A stretch of 64,000 nucleotides of DNA from Salisapilia sapeloensis CBS 127946. Its lineage: Eukaryota; Protista; Oomycota. Shown piece by piece: positions 1 to 12,230 of this stretch (within the stretch, counting starts at the first letter, position 1; each line of letters starts with the position of its first letter). The notes under the pieces were generated by a model. The model was not told where the DNA came from. It was given only the letters and a program-made list of their open reading frames with translations, and searched no databases. The stretch covers positions 55,495-119,494 of the forward strand of contig JAADVB010000025.1 of the NCBI GenBank assembly GCA_023334545.1, written 5' to 3'. The translations under genes were made by a program, and so were the position numbers.

Positions 1-2
1 TG

Positions 3-1109
3 AACTCTGCATCGGAAGAGTCTGGTGAGCAGTATGAGAAGCAAGTTCAGGACTGGATTGAGCGTGTGACAGGGGATAAGTTTTCGTCTGATTCGTTTGC
101 CAAGTCACTACAAGACGGCGTGTTACTCTGTCGGTTGATCAATACAATTAAACCAGACGCAGTGACAAAGGTGCATCAATCTCAGATGCCATTTAAACGT
201 CGAGAAAACATTTCCAACTTTCTTAAAGCCATTCGAACAGTCGGTGTCCAAGACTTTTTCGTCTTCACGACAGACGATTTGTACAATGAAAAGAATATAG
301 ATCAAGTCGTCAAGTGTCTCTTTGCACTTGATCGAGCGATTGCACAGAACGTACCGGAGTATGCTGGTCCTCGACTCGGACAGGAAGGTGGTGCTATCGC
401 TCCATCATCTCCTTCGATCGAGACTCCTGATGCGATCGTAGTACCAGTGAAGACGGAGGTATCTCCTGAAGATGAGGTGAAGGCTTGGATCTCGCAAGTG
501 ACGAATGAACCGGTGGAAGGAGAGCTTATGGATGCGTTAAAGGACGGAACGATCTTGTGTAAGCTCGTGAATACGATCCAACCTGGTGTCGTGGCTAAAG
601 TCCAGGAGTCTTCCATGCCGTTTAAGCAGCGTGAGAACATCCAAGCCTTCTTACGTGCTTGTCGGACGATCGGTGTGCAAGAGTATGAAGTATGCGAGAC
701 GGTGGATTTGTACGAACAAAAGAATCCGGAGCAAGTGATCAAGTGTCTGTATGCTTTGGGACGAGCTGTGCAGAAGAACTTGCCAGGCTATGACGGTCCA
801 AAGCTTGGCGTACGAGAGAGTACACCTCGTAAGCGAGAGTTCTCTGATGCTCAGATGCGAGAAGCGAGGAGTGCCGTGCCTATGTGGACGCAGAATAGCA
901 TGAATATGGAACGAGGAGGTGTCGATCGATCAAACTCGATTACGTTCCGAGCAGACGCGGCTCGGAATGCAGACAAGGTAGTGGAGAAAGAGGAAACGAA
1001 CAAGGAAGAGGAAGAGGAAGAGATACAGGATGTAGGTGAGTCGAGTGCGAGTCAAGTGGTCGGCTCGGAGACGTCGACGACGCTGCCGACGCGTACGGTG
1101 TGGAGCTAA
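3..1109 (+). CDS. Tandem calponin-homology (CH) domain protein, calponin/transgelin-like; 5'-truncated by the window edge
   Basis: Frame is open from position 3. Two CH domains (LQDGVLLCRLINTIKP...ENISNFLKA and LKDGTILCKLVNTIQP...ENIQAFLRA), then a calponin-repeat-like VPMWTQ segment and an acidic tail. Confidence 0.85.
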   Translation, partial: NSASEESGEQYEKQVQDWIERVTGDKFSSDSFAKSLQDGVLLCRLINTIKPDAVTKVHQSQMPFKRRENISNFLKAIRTVGVQDFFVFTTDDLYNEKNIDQVVKCLFALDRAIAQNVPEYAGPRLGQEGGAIAPSSPSIETPDAIVVPVKTEVSPEDEVKAWISQVTNEPVEGELMDALKDGTILCKLVNTIQPGVVAKVQESSMPFKQRENIQAFLRACRTIGVQEYEVCETVDLYEQKNPEQVIKCLYALGRAVQKNLPGYDGPKLGVRESTPRKREFSDAQMREARSAVPMWTQNSMNMERGGVDRSNSITFRADAARNADKVVEKEETNKEEEEEEIQDVGESSASQVVGSETSTTLPTRTVWS

Positions 1110-1164
1110 GTCGAATACAATACGATAAGCAAGAGCTGTACTTGGTTGTCTATGTGATATGAGA

Positions 1165-2139
1165 TTAGAGTTCGAGCAGTACGTCTTGTAGAATATGTTT
1201 GCTCTCATAGTCGATACGAAAGTCACAGACGGCATCAGCTCTTGTTGGACCGAGGTTCAGAATAGCGATCGGGATCTCCTGTTTCTTCGCGAGATTAATG
1301 AGTCGATAGGCGGAGAAGACTTGCAACGAAGATCCGACGACGAGAAGACCGCTGGAATTCCGGACTGTGTCGAGAGATAGTTCACGCGTCGCGGACGGCA
1401 CGTTTTCACCAAAGAAAACGACACGAGGCTTCATGACGCCGTGGCATTTATGACAATCGGGATAGACAAAGTCGTCGTAATTCCACTCGATCTCGACATC
1501 TCCGTCCGGATTGACACTGGAGGAGACGTCGCCAGCATCTTTCTCCGGGTTTAGGCTCGCCCAGTGCGCGACTTTCGGGTTCATGGACGCTAGTTCATCT
1601 TGATAGTCCTGTCGGTCGACGATATGACCGCAGGAAGTGCACTCGACTTCGTAGAGCGATCCGTGGAGCTCGACGACGTTGTCTGCGCCGCCTTTGGTGT
1701 GTAGACGGTCTACGTTTTGCGTAATGACGGACGAGATGAGTGCATGTTCCGTCTGTAGCTTTGCAATGGCATTATGCGAGTCATTTGGTTCAGAGCGAAG
1801 GATACGAGGCCAGCCGAGGAAGCTACGTGCCCAATACCGCTGCCGATACGTATGGGCCGAGACGAACTAGCAGATGTGTTAGCTACTAGAGGTATCATAG
1901 AGCTACTGTAATGATACCTCTTGAAACTGGATAGGCTTAAAGTCTTTATTGCGAACATAGACTCCGTTCGGACCTCTATAGTCCGGGATACCGGACTCGG
2001 TCGAGATGCCAGCGCCAGTGAGCACCGTGGCTTGGCTGCCTGACGTTCGGAAGAATTGCAATAGCTTTTCAACACCTTCTTCGCGTCCTAGAGCTGCTAC
2101 TGCCGTGGATGATACCTTGGGCGCTTCTCGACGCAACAT
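1165..2139 (-). CDS. SIRT4: Class II (SIRT4-like) NAD-dependent sirtuin deacylase, probably mitochondrial; 1 intron (1867-1917)
   Basis: Spliced translation gives TGAGISTESGIPDYR, YWARSFLGWP, TQNVDRLH, ELHGS, CxxC...CxxC and KPRVVFFGE...GSSLQVFS. Confidence 0.9.
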
Positions 2140-2650
2140 GCTGAATGATCGTCACGTAGGACAAGAGTACTTGTGTCGATCTACGATTGCTTGCTTCCGT
2201 TTCGATTGGTGGATGGTATACAAATTCCAAGTGTAAGCGGAAGGAATAGGCAGCTTATGCTATCAGTCACTTATGGAGGTGATGTATGGTCGAGTAGACA
2301 CTTGACTGCCTCTCTGTAAGTAAGGCGTTTCCAGTCATCCTTTTAATCCATTCGCTCTCTACCAAGATAGTCCGAACGCAGTTTAACTATATTGGGACAT
2401 CATGTGTGCAGTCGTCGTGTCTGTTGTAATGATTGTGCGATCTATCCGATAGCATTTACTCCGTCCTTCTCTCCCTCCTACACCTCTATCTCGTTGTCCT
2501 GTAAGCATGCGAGTAGAAGCAAGAGATATACATAAACTCCTATTCATCGAATGACAAGAGCAAACGGATCGGAAGGACAGTACGTTGGTCGTAACTTCAA
2601 CATCCGGCGCCATCGACCCAGAAAGGCGAAACGGCGATACGCGATCGGAG

Positions 2651-3955
2651 ATGTTCACTTCCCAATTTCCAGCGCGCATGGTGCAGGCCGCGACGAAACC
2701 CGTTTACCTAAACACTTCACATGGCTCGATCGAAACGAGTGGTGTCTCGGATCCGGGTGTCCGTGGCGCTGTGAACCAAGACAAGTTCTTTATGCATTGC
2801 AACGCCGAGCTCCGAGCTGCTGTCATCGGTGTCTTTGACGGACACGGCAAAGAGCTCGGTGAAATCGCGGCCGAGACTGCTCGGCAATTCTTTCTCTCTC
2901 GCTTCGAATCATTCACATTAAATGAGTACAAGAGGTTGGAAGAACGACCGCAGCAGACTTTCTTCGACATGTATGAAGCATGTCATCATAAAATTAAAGT
3001 CGAATTGAAGCAGTACTATGAAAAGCAAGGGGTAGAAGTAAAGGAACATCAGCCAGAAGGCTATTTGCTGCGTAAGAGCGCGGCGAGTAATATGTATACG
3101 TGCGTCCGTGGCGGCACGACGGCGACAGTCGTGGTCATCCTAGATGGCGGACGGAAGATCATCGCTTCTAATGTCGGTGACTCGTCTGCTATCGTCGGCA
3201 CCGATCGTTGTGTCTTTAAAAACGAAGACGTGATGGTACATCCATCGACATTGGATAACAATACCGAGGCACATGGCATGCAGGAAGACAACCAGAAAGC
3301 AGACTCGAGTCAAGCGCGCAAGTGGCTTTTGCTAGGAGGTGACCATGGTGCCGAAAGTGAGGCTGAATTCCGTCGCGTACGTCACCTGAAAGCTCCGAAC
3401 GGTACCCCAGAGCTCCAATTCCTCTATGATTCCCTCACTTCGACCAGTCATCGCAAATCTATCTTCCGTGTCGATGAGTATGGACACGTCCGACGTTGTC
3501 CAGGCGGAAGTTACTACAAGAACGTCCGTGAGGAATGGGCGACAGTTGTCCACGCGCCATCTTCTGCTCCTTTTGGCGACAGCCTGGCGTTCACTAGATC
3601 ACTTGGTGACTTTTACATGCACGCGTTCGGCATCACGTACGAGCCGACGGTCGTGGAGATGTCTATCGGTGATATTCTAGCAGATGCGAGTGGAGGTAAC
3701 AATGATACGACGTCCGAGTATACTCTTGTCGTGGCATCCGATGGTGTGTGGGATAACTGGACGTATGGGAAGCTGAATGACTTCGTCCGGCAGAACATGA
3801 AGAAAGGAACTGACGACGGGTGTCCACGCCCGAAATTGGATCAACTAGTGAATAGTCTCTTGCGTCTCAATTTGCGTCGAGCGGAGCAGACGTTTGGAGC
3901 GAATGCAGACAACATGACTGCCGTTGTTTGCCGCGTTCGACTGGAAGAGCCGTAG
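2651..3955 (+). CDS. PP2C/PPM-family Ser/Thr phosphatase; start codon uncertain (first in-frame ATG at 2651)
   Basis: Motifs NQD, GVFDGHG, GGTTAT, SNVGDS, LAFTRSLGD, VASDGVWD and ADNMTA. Confidence 0.85.
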   Translation: MFTSQFPARMVQAATKPVYLNTSHGSIETSGVSDPGVRGAVNQDKFFMHCNAELRAAVIGVFDGHGKELGEIAAETARQFFLSRFESFTLNEYKRLEERPQQTFFDMYEACHHKIKVELKQYYEKQGVEVKEHQPEGYLLRKSAASNMYTCVRGGTTATVVVILDGGRKIIASNVGDSSAIVGTDRCVFKNEDVMVHPSTLDNNTEAHGMQEDNQKADSSQARKWLLLGGDHGAESEAEFRRVRHLKAPNGTPELQFLYDSLTSTSHRKSIFRVDEYGHVRRCPGGSYYKNVREEWATVVHAPSSAPFGDSLAFTRSLGDFYMHAFGITYEPTVVEMSIGDILADASGGNNDTTSEYTLVVASDGVWDNWTYGKLNDFVRQNMKKGTDDGCPRPKLDQLVNSLLRLNLRRAEQTFGANADNMTAVVCRVRLEEP

Positions 3956-4053
3956 GGTGTGCATGTACGAGTGTCGTTAACTTTACAGTAAACATAGGTG
4001 ATGTGTCTATCTTTTCGATTTTCTTTTTCTTTTCTTTCGCATTTGTGGACCAA

Positions 4054-5541
4054 ATGACAACCATGTTACGACGGAGTCTTCGGTATCGGCCTCGATTGCC
4101 ACAGCGATCGAGTGCACTGCGTACGCTTTCGTCAAGTGCTTCTAATACACCTAATTCGAATGGTAGAGTTTGCTAGTAAAAAGTTTTTGTAGTGCGAGAC
4201 GTGTAATGGACTGTGTGAGCTAGACTTTGAGTGGATGCGTAATAAGGACCCGGCGTGCAATGTGACCGAGTCGATCGTGTCCAAGATTGGCGTCAATCTG
4301 CATTTGCAACCGAATCATCCGTTGAATATCATCCGTGGCAAGATCTATGACTACTTTGAAGACCTCCATGCGCACCATAAGTACAATCTCATCCTCACTA
4401 TGATCTTTATTCTTTACTAACTGAGCTTCTGTAGTGCCCCTCAGTTCACCATGTTCGATGACTTGAGTCCAGTGGTGTCAACGTACGACTGCTTTGACTC
4501 TATGCTCGTCCCGAAGGACCATGTGAGTCGCAAGTCCACGGACACGTACTATGTCGATCCGAACACGGTGCTTCGTGCCCACACAAGTGCGCATGAAGTC
4601 GAGAAGCTAAAGGCTGGATACAAATCTTTCCTCGTCACGGGAGACGTCTATCGTCGAGATGAGATCGATGCTAGCCACTATCCCGTCTTCCATCAAATGG
4701 AAGGCGTTCGTGTCTTCTCCGAAGTATGTCTTCCTTCGCCTTTTAGTCATATACATTCAGCTTACATGTGGATCTAGTTGGACAAGTCTCTCTCACGAGA
4801 AGAGAAGGCAAAGATCGTCGAAGAGGACTTGAAGCGGACGCTGGAAGGCATCGCTAAGAAACTATTTGGCGACGTCCAAATGCGATGGGTTGATGCCTAC
4901 TTCCCATTCACAGAACCATCGTTTGAGCTAGAGATTTTCTTTAATGTGCAATCCTTTTCGATCCTTATCGCATCAAGTACTGACTGTTGTGTAGGGCGAC
5001 TGGCTCGAGGTGCTAGGCTCTGGCGTGTTGCAGCAGCAAATTGTTCGGAACTCGGGCAATGGCGAAGACGTTGCGTGGGCATTTGGAATGGGTCTCGAAC
5101 GACTTGCTATGGTGCTCTTTGATATTCCTGACATTCGACTCTTCTGGTCGACGGACGAGCGATTCCTGTCGCAATTCAAGGACGGAGAGATTACCAAGTT
5201 TAAGCCTTACAGCAAGTATCCTGAATGCTACAAAGACATTAGTTTTTGGCATCCAGAAGACTTCCACGAGAACGACATGTTTGAAGTGGTGCGAGACGTA
5301 GCAGGGGATCTCGTGGAACAGGTGTCACTCATTGATGACTTCCGCCACCCGAAGACCCAGCGCCAGAGCAAGTGCTTCCGCATCACGTATAGACACATGG
5401 ATCGAAACCTCACGAACGATGAGGTGGATGAGTACCAGGTAAGACATTTCATTTGTATAAACGAGAGCATTGTACTGATAAAAAGAGTAGGAACAAGTAC
5501 GAGCTGTTGCGGAGAAGAGACTTGGCGTCGAATTGCGCTAG
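4054..5541 (+). CDS. FARS2: Mitochondrial monomeric phenylalanyl-tRNA synthetase; introns 4163-4223, 4381-4434, 4724-4777, 4946-4994, 5439-5490
   Basis: Arg/Ser-rich presequence, [61 protein letters not shown] and a C-terminal anticodon-binding domain ending GVELR. All introns are GT-AG and restore the frame. Confidence 0.92.
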
Positions 5542-5741
5542 ATAGCAAAAGATGCTACTTGTTGGTAGTACGAAATAGACGCGCTTTAGCAGCTCAACTT
5601 GTTAATTCTTTGTGTTCTCGTGTCTGTCAAATGGAGATTCGTTGAGAGGATTTGCAACCGTACAGGAGGATAAGATGAAACTCTTAAAACGATCGCTGCC
5701 AACTTCAGTGTCCAAGATTAGATACAATCAACTCGGTGTGC

Positions 5742-8237
5742 ATGAATGAGATGCAGGAGACTTCGAGTCGTGGCATTCAGACATGGAAGCTGCGAGCGAA
5801 GAAAGAGATCAAGGTATGGATTTATCATGATGATAATGGATGATGATAAAGATGGTTCTTGTAGGCGAATGAAGAGCTTGGAAAGCGATTAAAGGTATGC
5901 AAAAGTGAAATTGTAGGAAGGATCTCTGTGTTCTATCTTTGATGCGAATAGGAAACCAAATCGAAATTAAATGCTGAGAGGGCTCGGAACGTTGAGCTTA
6001 CTCGACAGTTAGAGGCATATCAAGCTAAGAATGTAGCTGCCAAGGCAGAACATCCAGAGTGTGCCAATTGCACAGTTCTACAGCAAGAGATCGAGAGACT
6101 GCACCAGGCTTATTATAATGCACATGAAGAGAAATCCAATCAAGAGGCAGAGGCGTCAGAGTTGACTATTGATGTTGCCAATGCGCTGGAGGAACAGAGA
6201 GCACCAGTTGCTGCTTCCGATTCTAATGATATAAACCTACATGAATCGATTCGACCAAGCACGGAATTCGTACTAGAAAATGTTCATTTGAAGGAGTCAT
6301 TGAAGAAAGAGACTGGGGAATCGAAACGGCATGTGGAATCCAGCAACCAAAAGGTTATAGTTGATGCTGAAGACAACATCGTTGAGGACGAAACGAATAC
6401 TACTCATGACAAGCTTTTCGAATGTGCTGTTGCAGTCGTCACATCTACTCCAGTGTGTGAGGATCAAGACGCATTTGAAAGAGAAGACGTAGGTGGCAGT
6501 GGACAGCTTCGACGAACGCGCAGTCTTAATATTACCACAACGGGATCAGCATCGGCTGAGGATTATACCAATACAGCAAGACAAGCAACTTTCGACTCTA
6601 GGCCAGCCACAGAATTGTCAAACGTTAAGTCTGGTTGGTTTGAGAGCGTACGTCGTCGGCTATTTCGTCCATCGACTCCTAGTGGCACTTCCAAACCGAG
6701 CTTTGGCAGTAGCCCAACAACACCATCAGCGTCATCCAGCGCACGAGTGCGGGAGCATGTGCTCCAAACTTCACCCAAAATCATTTCTGCTTATCCAAAA
6801 GATGTGCTGTCAAGTAGCGATGAAGAGGGGTTAGCAGAGCTTTGCTTTCCTGTGCAACGAAGATCATTACCCAATCATATAGACTACTCCATGGATGCGT
6901 TGATGCGAAGTTTACAAGCTCGTCATCGAGGATATAGACATCCAGACAGCACATTTGTATTGACAATCGCATCGGCCGCTGATCCGAACAAGACCACATA
7001 TGCCATTTGTCTTCTCTGTCCATTGGAGCCAAAGGGAGACAAGAAAGACAACTCGCTCCTATGTCTGTGCCTCTTGAGCTCCTATCCTTTCTTTGACTTC
7101 TTCTCAAAGATCCTGTTTGGCACGGCATCTTTATGGCATCACCAACGCTCAAACTCAAACGTACCGAGGAAGAATGCCTTACCTAGAAGTCTATTACTGG
7201 ATGCATTTAGTAAACACTTTGAGTCCATCATGCAAAGGTTGGAGCAGATGAATGTGCCGAGCATGGGCAAATGGCGTCGCTTCCAGCTTTCACCAGACCT
7301 TCTTCCAGTCGCTTTTCACAGACAGCGTTGGAAAGATGAGGAAGAAGAGCGAAGGACACTTCTTTTGCATTATGGGACGCCGACTTTATTTGCCTTAATA
7401 TCTATTGATCGAGTCCTCTTTTTATTAGGGTGCTTGTGCTGTGAGCGAAAGGTTCTATTAGTATCCTCTCACGTGAACACGGTGAGCGCTTGCGTTTTGG
7501 CTTTGGTCACGTTGCTTCATCCTTTAAAATGGGCAGGTCCTGTTATTCCTGTGTTACCACCTAGGATGGATGAGCTGCTGGAGGCGCCAGTTCCTTTGAT
7601 TGCTGGAAGAGTTTTGCAAAATATAGTTTCGGGAGATACACGCTTAAGAACCAAACAGGCTGAGTCTTATCACGCAATAAGCGGTGTCGTGCAAATGTTT
7701 TTGGATGAAGGGTCGATGGTCATTCATGAGGAGGATTTGCTGCATTGTCACGAAGATTTACTTCCTGAGTGTGATTCGTTGGCGGATGAGCTAGCACCTC
7801 TGTCCATGAGACTACTGCGACGTGATGAATTCCAAGAAGACTTTCCAAACGTCACGGAAACAGAAGCAGCGAACGAGATTTGCCTTCGTATTCATACATA
7901 CATGAATGAAATGTGTACTCTTGCAGCAAGTCAGAGTCCAGTTGGGAAAGGAACAAAGGCATTGTCAACTATTAAGAGAAGGCGAGATTCTGCTGTGCGG
8001 GCAAAACAGCTTCCAATTGCCGTAAATTCTCGTCGACGCAGTCAAATTGTTCAGAGCTACGTAGGAAAGTTGCAAAAAACGCAAATGTTTAGCATGTTTT
8101 CTGTCCAGACTTGTGATCAGGAAGGCTTGAATGCAGACTCTAGGTCATACGAAGATACAGATGATGAAGAAGATAGCGAGGTCGAGGGCGCAGAAAGCAG
8201 TATAGTGACACATTATGAAGGAGTAGTATGCACATAA
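5742..8237 (+). CDS. DENN-domain protein (putative Rab GEF) with N-terminal coiled coil; two small 5' introns
   Basis: LCLCLLSSYPFFDFF, LLGCLCCERKVLLVS and LLHPLKWAGPVIPVLP...LLEAPVPLIAG are DENN-like. 5' exons join in frame through GTATGG..TAG and GTATGC..TAG introns. Confidence 0.8.
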
Positions 8238-8400
8238 GTATTAGGAGATAGCGTAAGGAGGTAATAGAAGATAGCTTCTTTTGCATTTACTCAAAAACCC
8301 TCTTTACATTTTAGCTGAAGGATCATATCGTGGTAACATGGGCAGCTTCCTACATTCACGTTTTAGGTTGCAATTCGGGCAAATACGATACCGATGTGTC

Positions 8401-10359
8401 TTACTTGGCATGAAGTCGACGATTTCGGGTTACGGTTGGAACCAAGAAGTCGATGCGATTGTCATCCTCAGTTTCATCTTGCTGTTCTCTTTCCAGATGA
8501 GACTCGTGCATATCATTTCTACCGTTTTGACTAGCATTTAAACAGTCTACGATTTCCATTCCGAGAGACTTTGATTCGACTGAGCTCGAAAGACTGGCAA
8601 AGGCGGTTGCATATCGTTTGTCTTCTCTTGTCATGCGCTTTGGGGATGCGAGAAAGGTTTTTGTCGGAGCAAGATGTCGCTTTTTGTCCATAGACTTATA
8701 TGATTTGACAACATCAGGAAGTATCGGGCCTGAAGCGCTATTATCTTCTCTTTCCTTTTGAAGGTGCAGCTCATATTTGTTCCTCTTCGCATTGCCATGA
8801 CGTACGTGGACATCGAAAAGTGCTACGGAATATATTAATGAAGCACACTTTACAATTAAATCACGTATATAATAAAACCTCGTTCGTGCTCTGACAGCAA
8901 ACCTTGGAGAGCACTGAGTTTCGATTCGACTCGGTTTAGCTTATCTTTGGCTTCTACCTGTATTCGTTCCAGTACAAAACCTAGCATCTCGGTAGCGACC
9001 TTCTTCATTTCTAAAATGCAGATCAGCAAAAAATAATATCGTACTGTGATTCCAAAGTACAACTCTTTCTGACTTACGTGTCAGCGTACTGCTATCGAGC
9101 TCGCCGTTTGTTGCTTTCATAATAAAATCCTCTTGGGAAATGGTCAGAGTGTGTACAGTAGTCGAGCACTGAATCGTGGCTGGCTCGGGAGCGCCCAAAG
9201 TGATAGAAACATCTCCTACTCTTGAAAGCGTTCCAAGTGATGCTATCAACAGTTGATTTGGGTCCTGCAATCGATCATTTGCTTGCTTTAAAGGCCATAA
9301 GCACGTCGTCAGTCATGAAAAAGAGCAAATGAAATAATTTCGTGATGGTAACCTTTTCAATGGCGTCAGCTGAACGGGAAGTGTTTCTGGATGGAGGAAT
9401 CCTTCCATTCCCGTTCATGCCTTCCAATTGAACAAATGCTTTGCAGTGACCTTGGGTAATAAGAAAGAGTGTTGTCGAAGTTTCTCCTTCACGAACAATA
9501 TATTCTCTGGGCTCAAAGACTCGATGTCGAGCGCATCCAGCAAAAGCACTCAAGCCAAGATCTGCGAGCCGTTGCCCTTCTTCTGCTCTCGTTGTGGCTC
9601 TACTAATCGTCTCAGAAATACCGCTCGCTGTCAAAATTAAGTAATCCGCAGGTCCATTGATGATTAACTATAGCAAGACATTATCACGTCGTGCCAAAAT
9701 ATGATCATTAGGTGTTGGTATAATTTACCTTCTTGTACTGCTCAGAATTACGTCGAAAAGCTCGCTCCCGCTTCACACGACGCCAATTGACCGTTGAGTC
9801 TAGGGTGTTTGTTGTTGGATCGGAATCTTCGTCAGGGATGGAGTGCGTGTCATCTATATTGTTTGGTAATCTAAGCGATCCAACGATCGAGCCCTCTGGG
9901 AAGGTAAGCACTTCTGCACTTGCTGGATCCACAGGTTTCGCTTCCGCGGACCCATAAAGCAGAATGATGTCTTTCTCGTAATCTGTAGGTGAAAAGTATA
10001 TAATCTCTTGATCACCTTTCGACACTCGAAACATTTTCAGTCTTGATAGTACTTCGAGACTATATGGAAGAGTGTCAGAACCTGATATTACTTAGCTGGC
10101 AATTAATATCTATATCCCATTACCGTTCATCGTGTAACAGTGCTTTCCACCAAAATTGATGGTCGATGCTTGTTTCATTGCAGAGGTATTGCAATATGTA
10201 CTCAAGCTCATCTACGGAGAAATCTTGACGTCGAAGGAATAATTTTCGAAAGTGAAAGCGAGCACCTAGCTTGGTCGTGGCGTGATTTCCTGCCACAAAC
10301 TTTGTCCAGTGCTCACTATCCAGCTTCTTCGTTTGGGTCTTAGTGTTGTTCGAACTCAT
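8401..10359 (-). CDS. Cyclic-nucleotide-binding-domain protein (CNBD-like), about 5 introns
   Basis: VFEPREYIVREGETSTTLFLITQGHC and GDVSITLGAPEPATIQCSTTVHTLTISQEDF resemble the two halves of a cNMP beta-barrel. ORF fragments join through GT-AG introns. Confidence 0.6.
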
Positions 10360-10425
10360 TATTGTCAAGCCCGGATGAATCGGAACAAAAATAGATATTA
10401 CACCACTTGCATCTTACTGTACTAG

Positions 10426-12097
10426 ATGTCACGAGGAATGAGCAAGATCGAGCCTGAGAGCATGGCATACCTCGTTAAGGATTGGCTTTTGGTGTTCAAG
10501 CTAGAGCGGACGATAGAAATCTTCTTGCTCGAGTGGAAGCAGCTTGGGTACCAACTTCCAACTGTAAAAGATTGGAACTTTGTTGGTGACCAAACAGCAT
10601 CAAGCAGCATGCACTGCGACTCAACTGGTGCAATATCCGTACTAGAAAAGTTGATTTTGGAACGAATCAAATGCACGGACGGACTTCGAACAAAGCCTCG
10701 CTTAGCATTAACGTACAAATCACCTTCTCAAGCAGCGACTATTGTGGTCAGCAAACGTCCACCATCCCATTTTGCCGTTAAGAGATCGCTTCCATTAAGC
10801 TCTGAGATGCAAGAAAAGCAGAACAGTCCGAGCGAGTTATCGAATGGAAACTTTCGACCAAAAACCGCCACCGTATGCAAAAGCACGTCGGACCTCATCG
10901 CGAACACCATGACGAAATGTTTACTGACTAATGTCACGGATGAAGATCTGAACAAAGCTACGAGTGTAGAACTTCATACTTCACAGAGTGCTTCAGGCTT
11001 TATTAGCAGACCAGCTACTGCAATTTCTAAACCAAACCGAAAACACTCGAACATGAATGAGAGTGCACACAAAATAGTAGCAAAGGAGGACACGAAGGCT
11101 GGAATGCAATCTTTTGCTCCTAAGGGAACAAGCACGAAGGAGAAATACGATAGAAGTCACCTCGATGACGGCAAAGTCAAAAAGGGCGGGGATAAAGCTG
11201 GGAATCATAGGCAAAATCAAATTCCATCTATCGATTTAGACCAAATGAGTGAAGATAAGTTAATGTCAGAATACCCTTCACTAGCTAAAGTGGCTGTCAA
11301 GAGACTGCGGCGTGTGCTAGCAAAGTCAAGCGCTTGCAGCCAAGAGCTTGACAGAAACCAACTTACCATTGGAAGCATTCGAAGACGAGCTCAAAGACGA
11401 GAAGTACGGTGCCCATCAACGAGTGAGCAATCGGTAATACTGTCTGATGTAATCGGTTATTTGTCCAGAGATACTTGTTCACTATGCGAGTATATCTATC
11501 CGAAGGAAACACTAAGTGTGAAGGTGTCATACAAGAGTATCCTTGACTTGCGAGCCTCTTGGGCAGCTAAATCCAATGTGGGATCATTGTCAAGTGGAAG
11601 CAATACAAGTACTGCGGTTCGAAATGGTGTAGAAATTTCGAAAGCACAGGCGTCAACAGCAGTAGGAACTGTGGCGGGAGTGGGAATGAAGAACGACGCA
11701 AACACGCCAGTGGCTCATTTGTATGACGAAGTCCCTGTGTGTGCTTTCTGCGCGCAGCTTGTACTGGATATCGGATCGTATCGCGTAAGTGTCATGATCA
11801 AATGATGGATAGTCCGTACATTAATGTTAATGATTCGATTTGTAGAATGATGCATCGAAGAAGCAGTTGGAGGTGGTACCCGATCTACCTTTAGATGTTC
11901 CTTCTGCAACAAACTCAACTTCAGACCTGTTGCATCCAGATATGAGTACTATATTCACTGATGATAATGATGACAGTGATACGGAGGAGTTTATAGTCTG
12001 TGATGCAGCAGGTCGAATGCGCGTAATAAATAAGAAGAAGAAAAAAGCGCGACAGCTTATGACATCGGTTGGTATCGTTTCGAGGCGAGTGTATTAA
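10426..12097 (+). CDS. Uncharacterised protein with LisH-like N-terminus and split CxxC...CxxC motif; 1 intron near 11787-11847
   Basis: LVKDWLLVFKLERTIEIFLLEW is LisH-like; CSLCEY...VPVCAFCAQL near the C-terminus; GTAAGT..TAG intron joins the 11867-12097 ORF in frame. Confidence 0.55.
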
Positions 12098-12230
12098 AAC
12101 CAAGCTCGTGCGAACCATGTTCATATATAAAGAATAAAGAGTGAAAGGTACTCTTATGAGAGAACAGTGATGCAGACGTAGGGGACAAAGTTTCATTATT
12201 GAAACTATATTATCCTCACTACAAGCTGCA

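Noticed and set aside
2089-2116. 28-nt GTATCAT...CTCTAG stretch in SIRT4 exon 1 resembling the true intron start
   Set aside because: Too short for the intron sizes seen here, and its removal would shift the frame.
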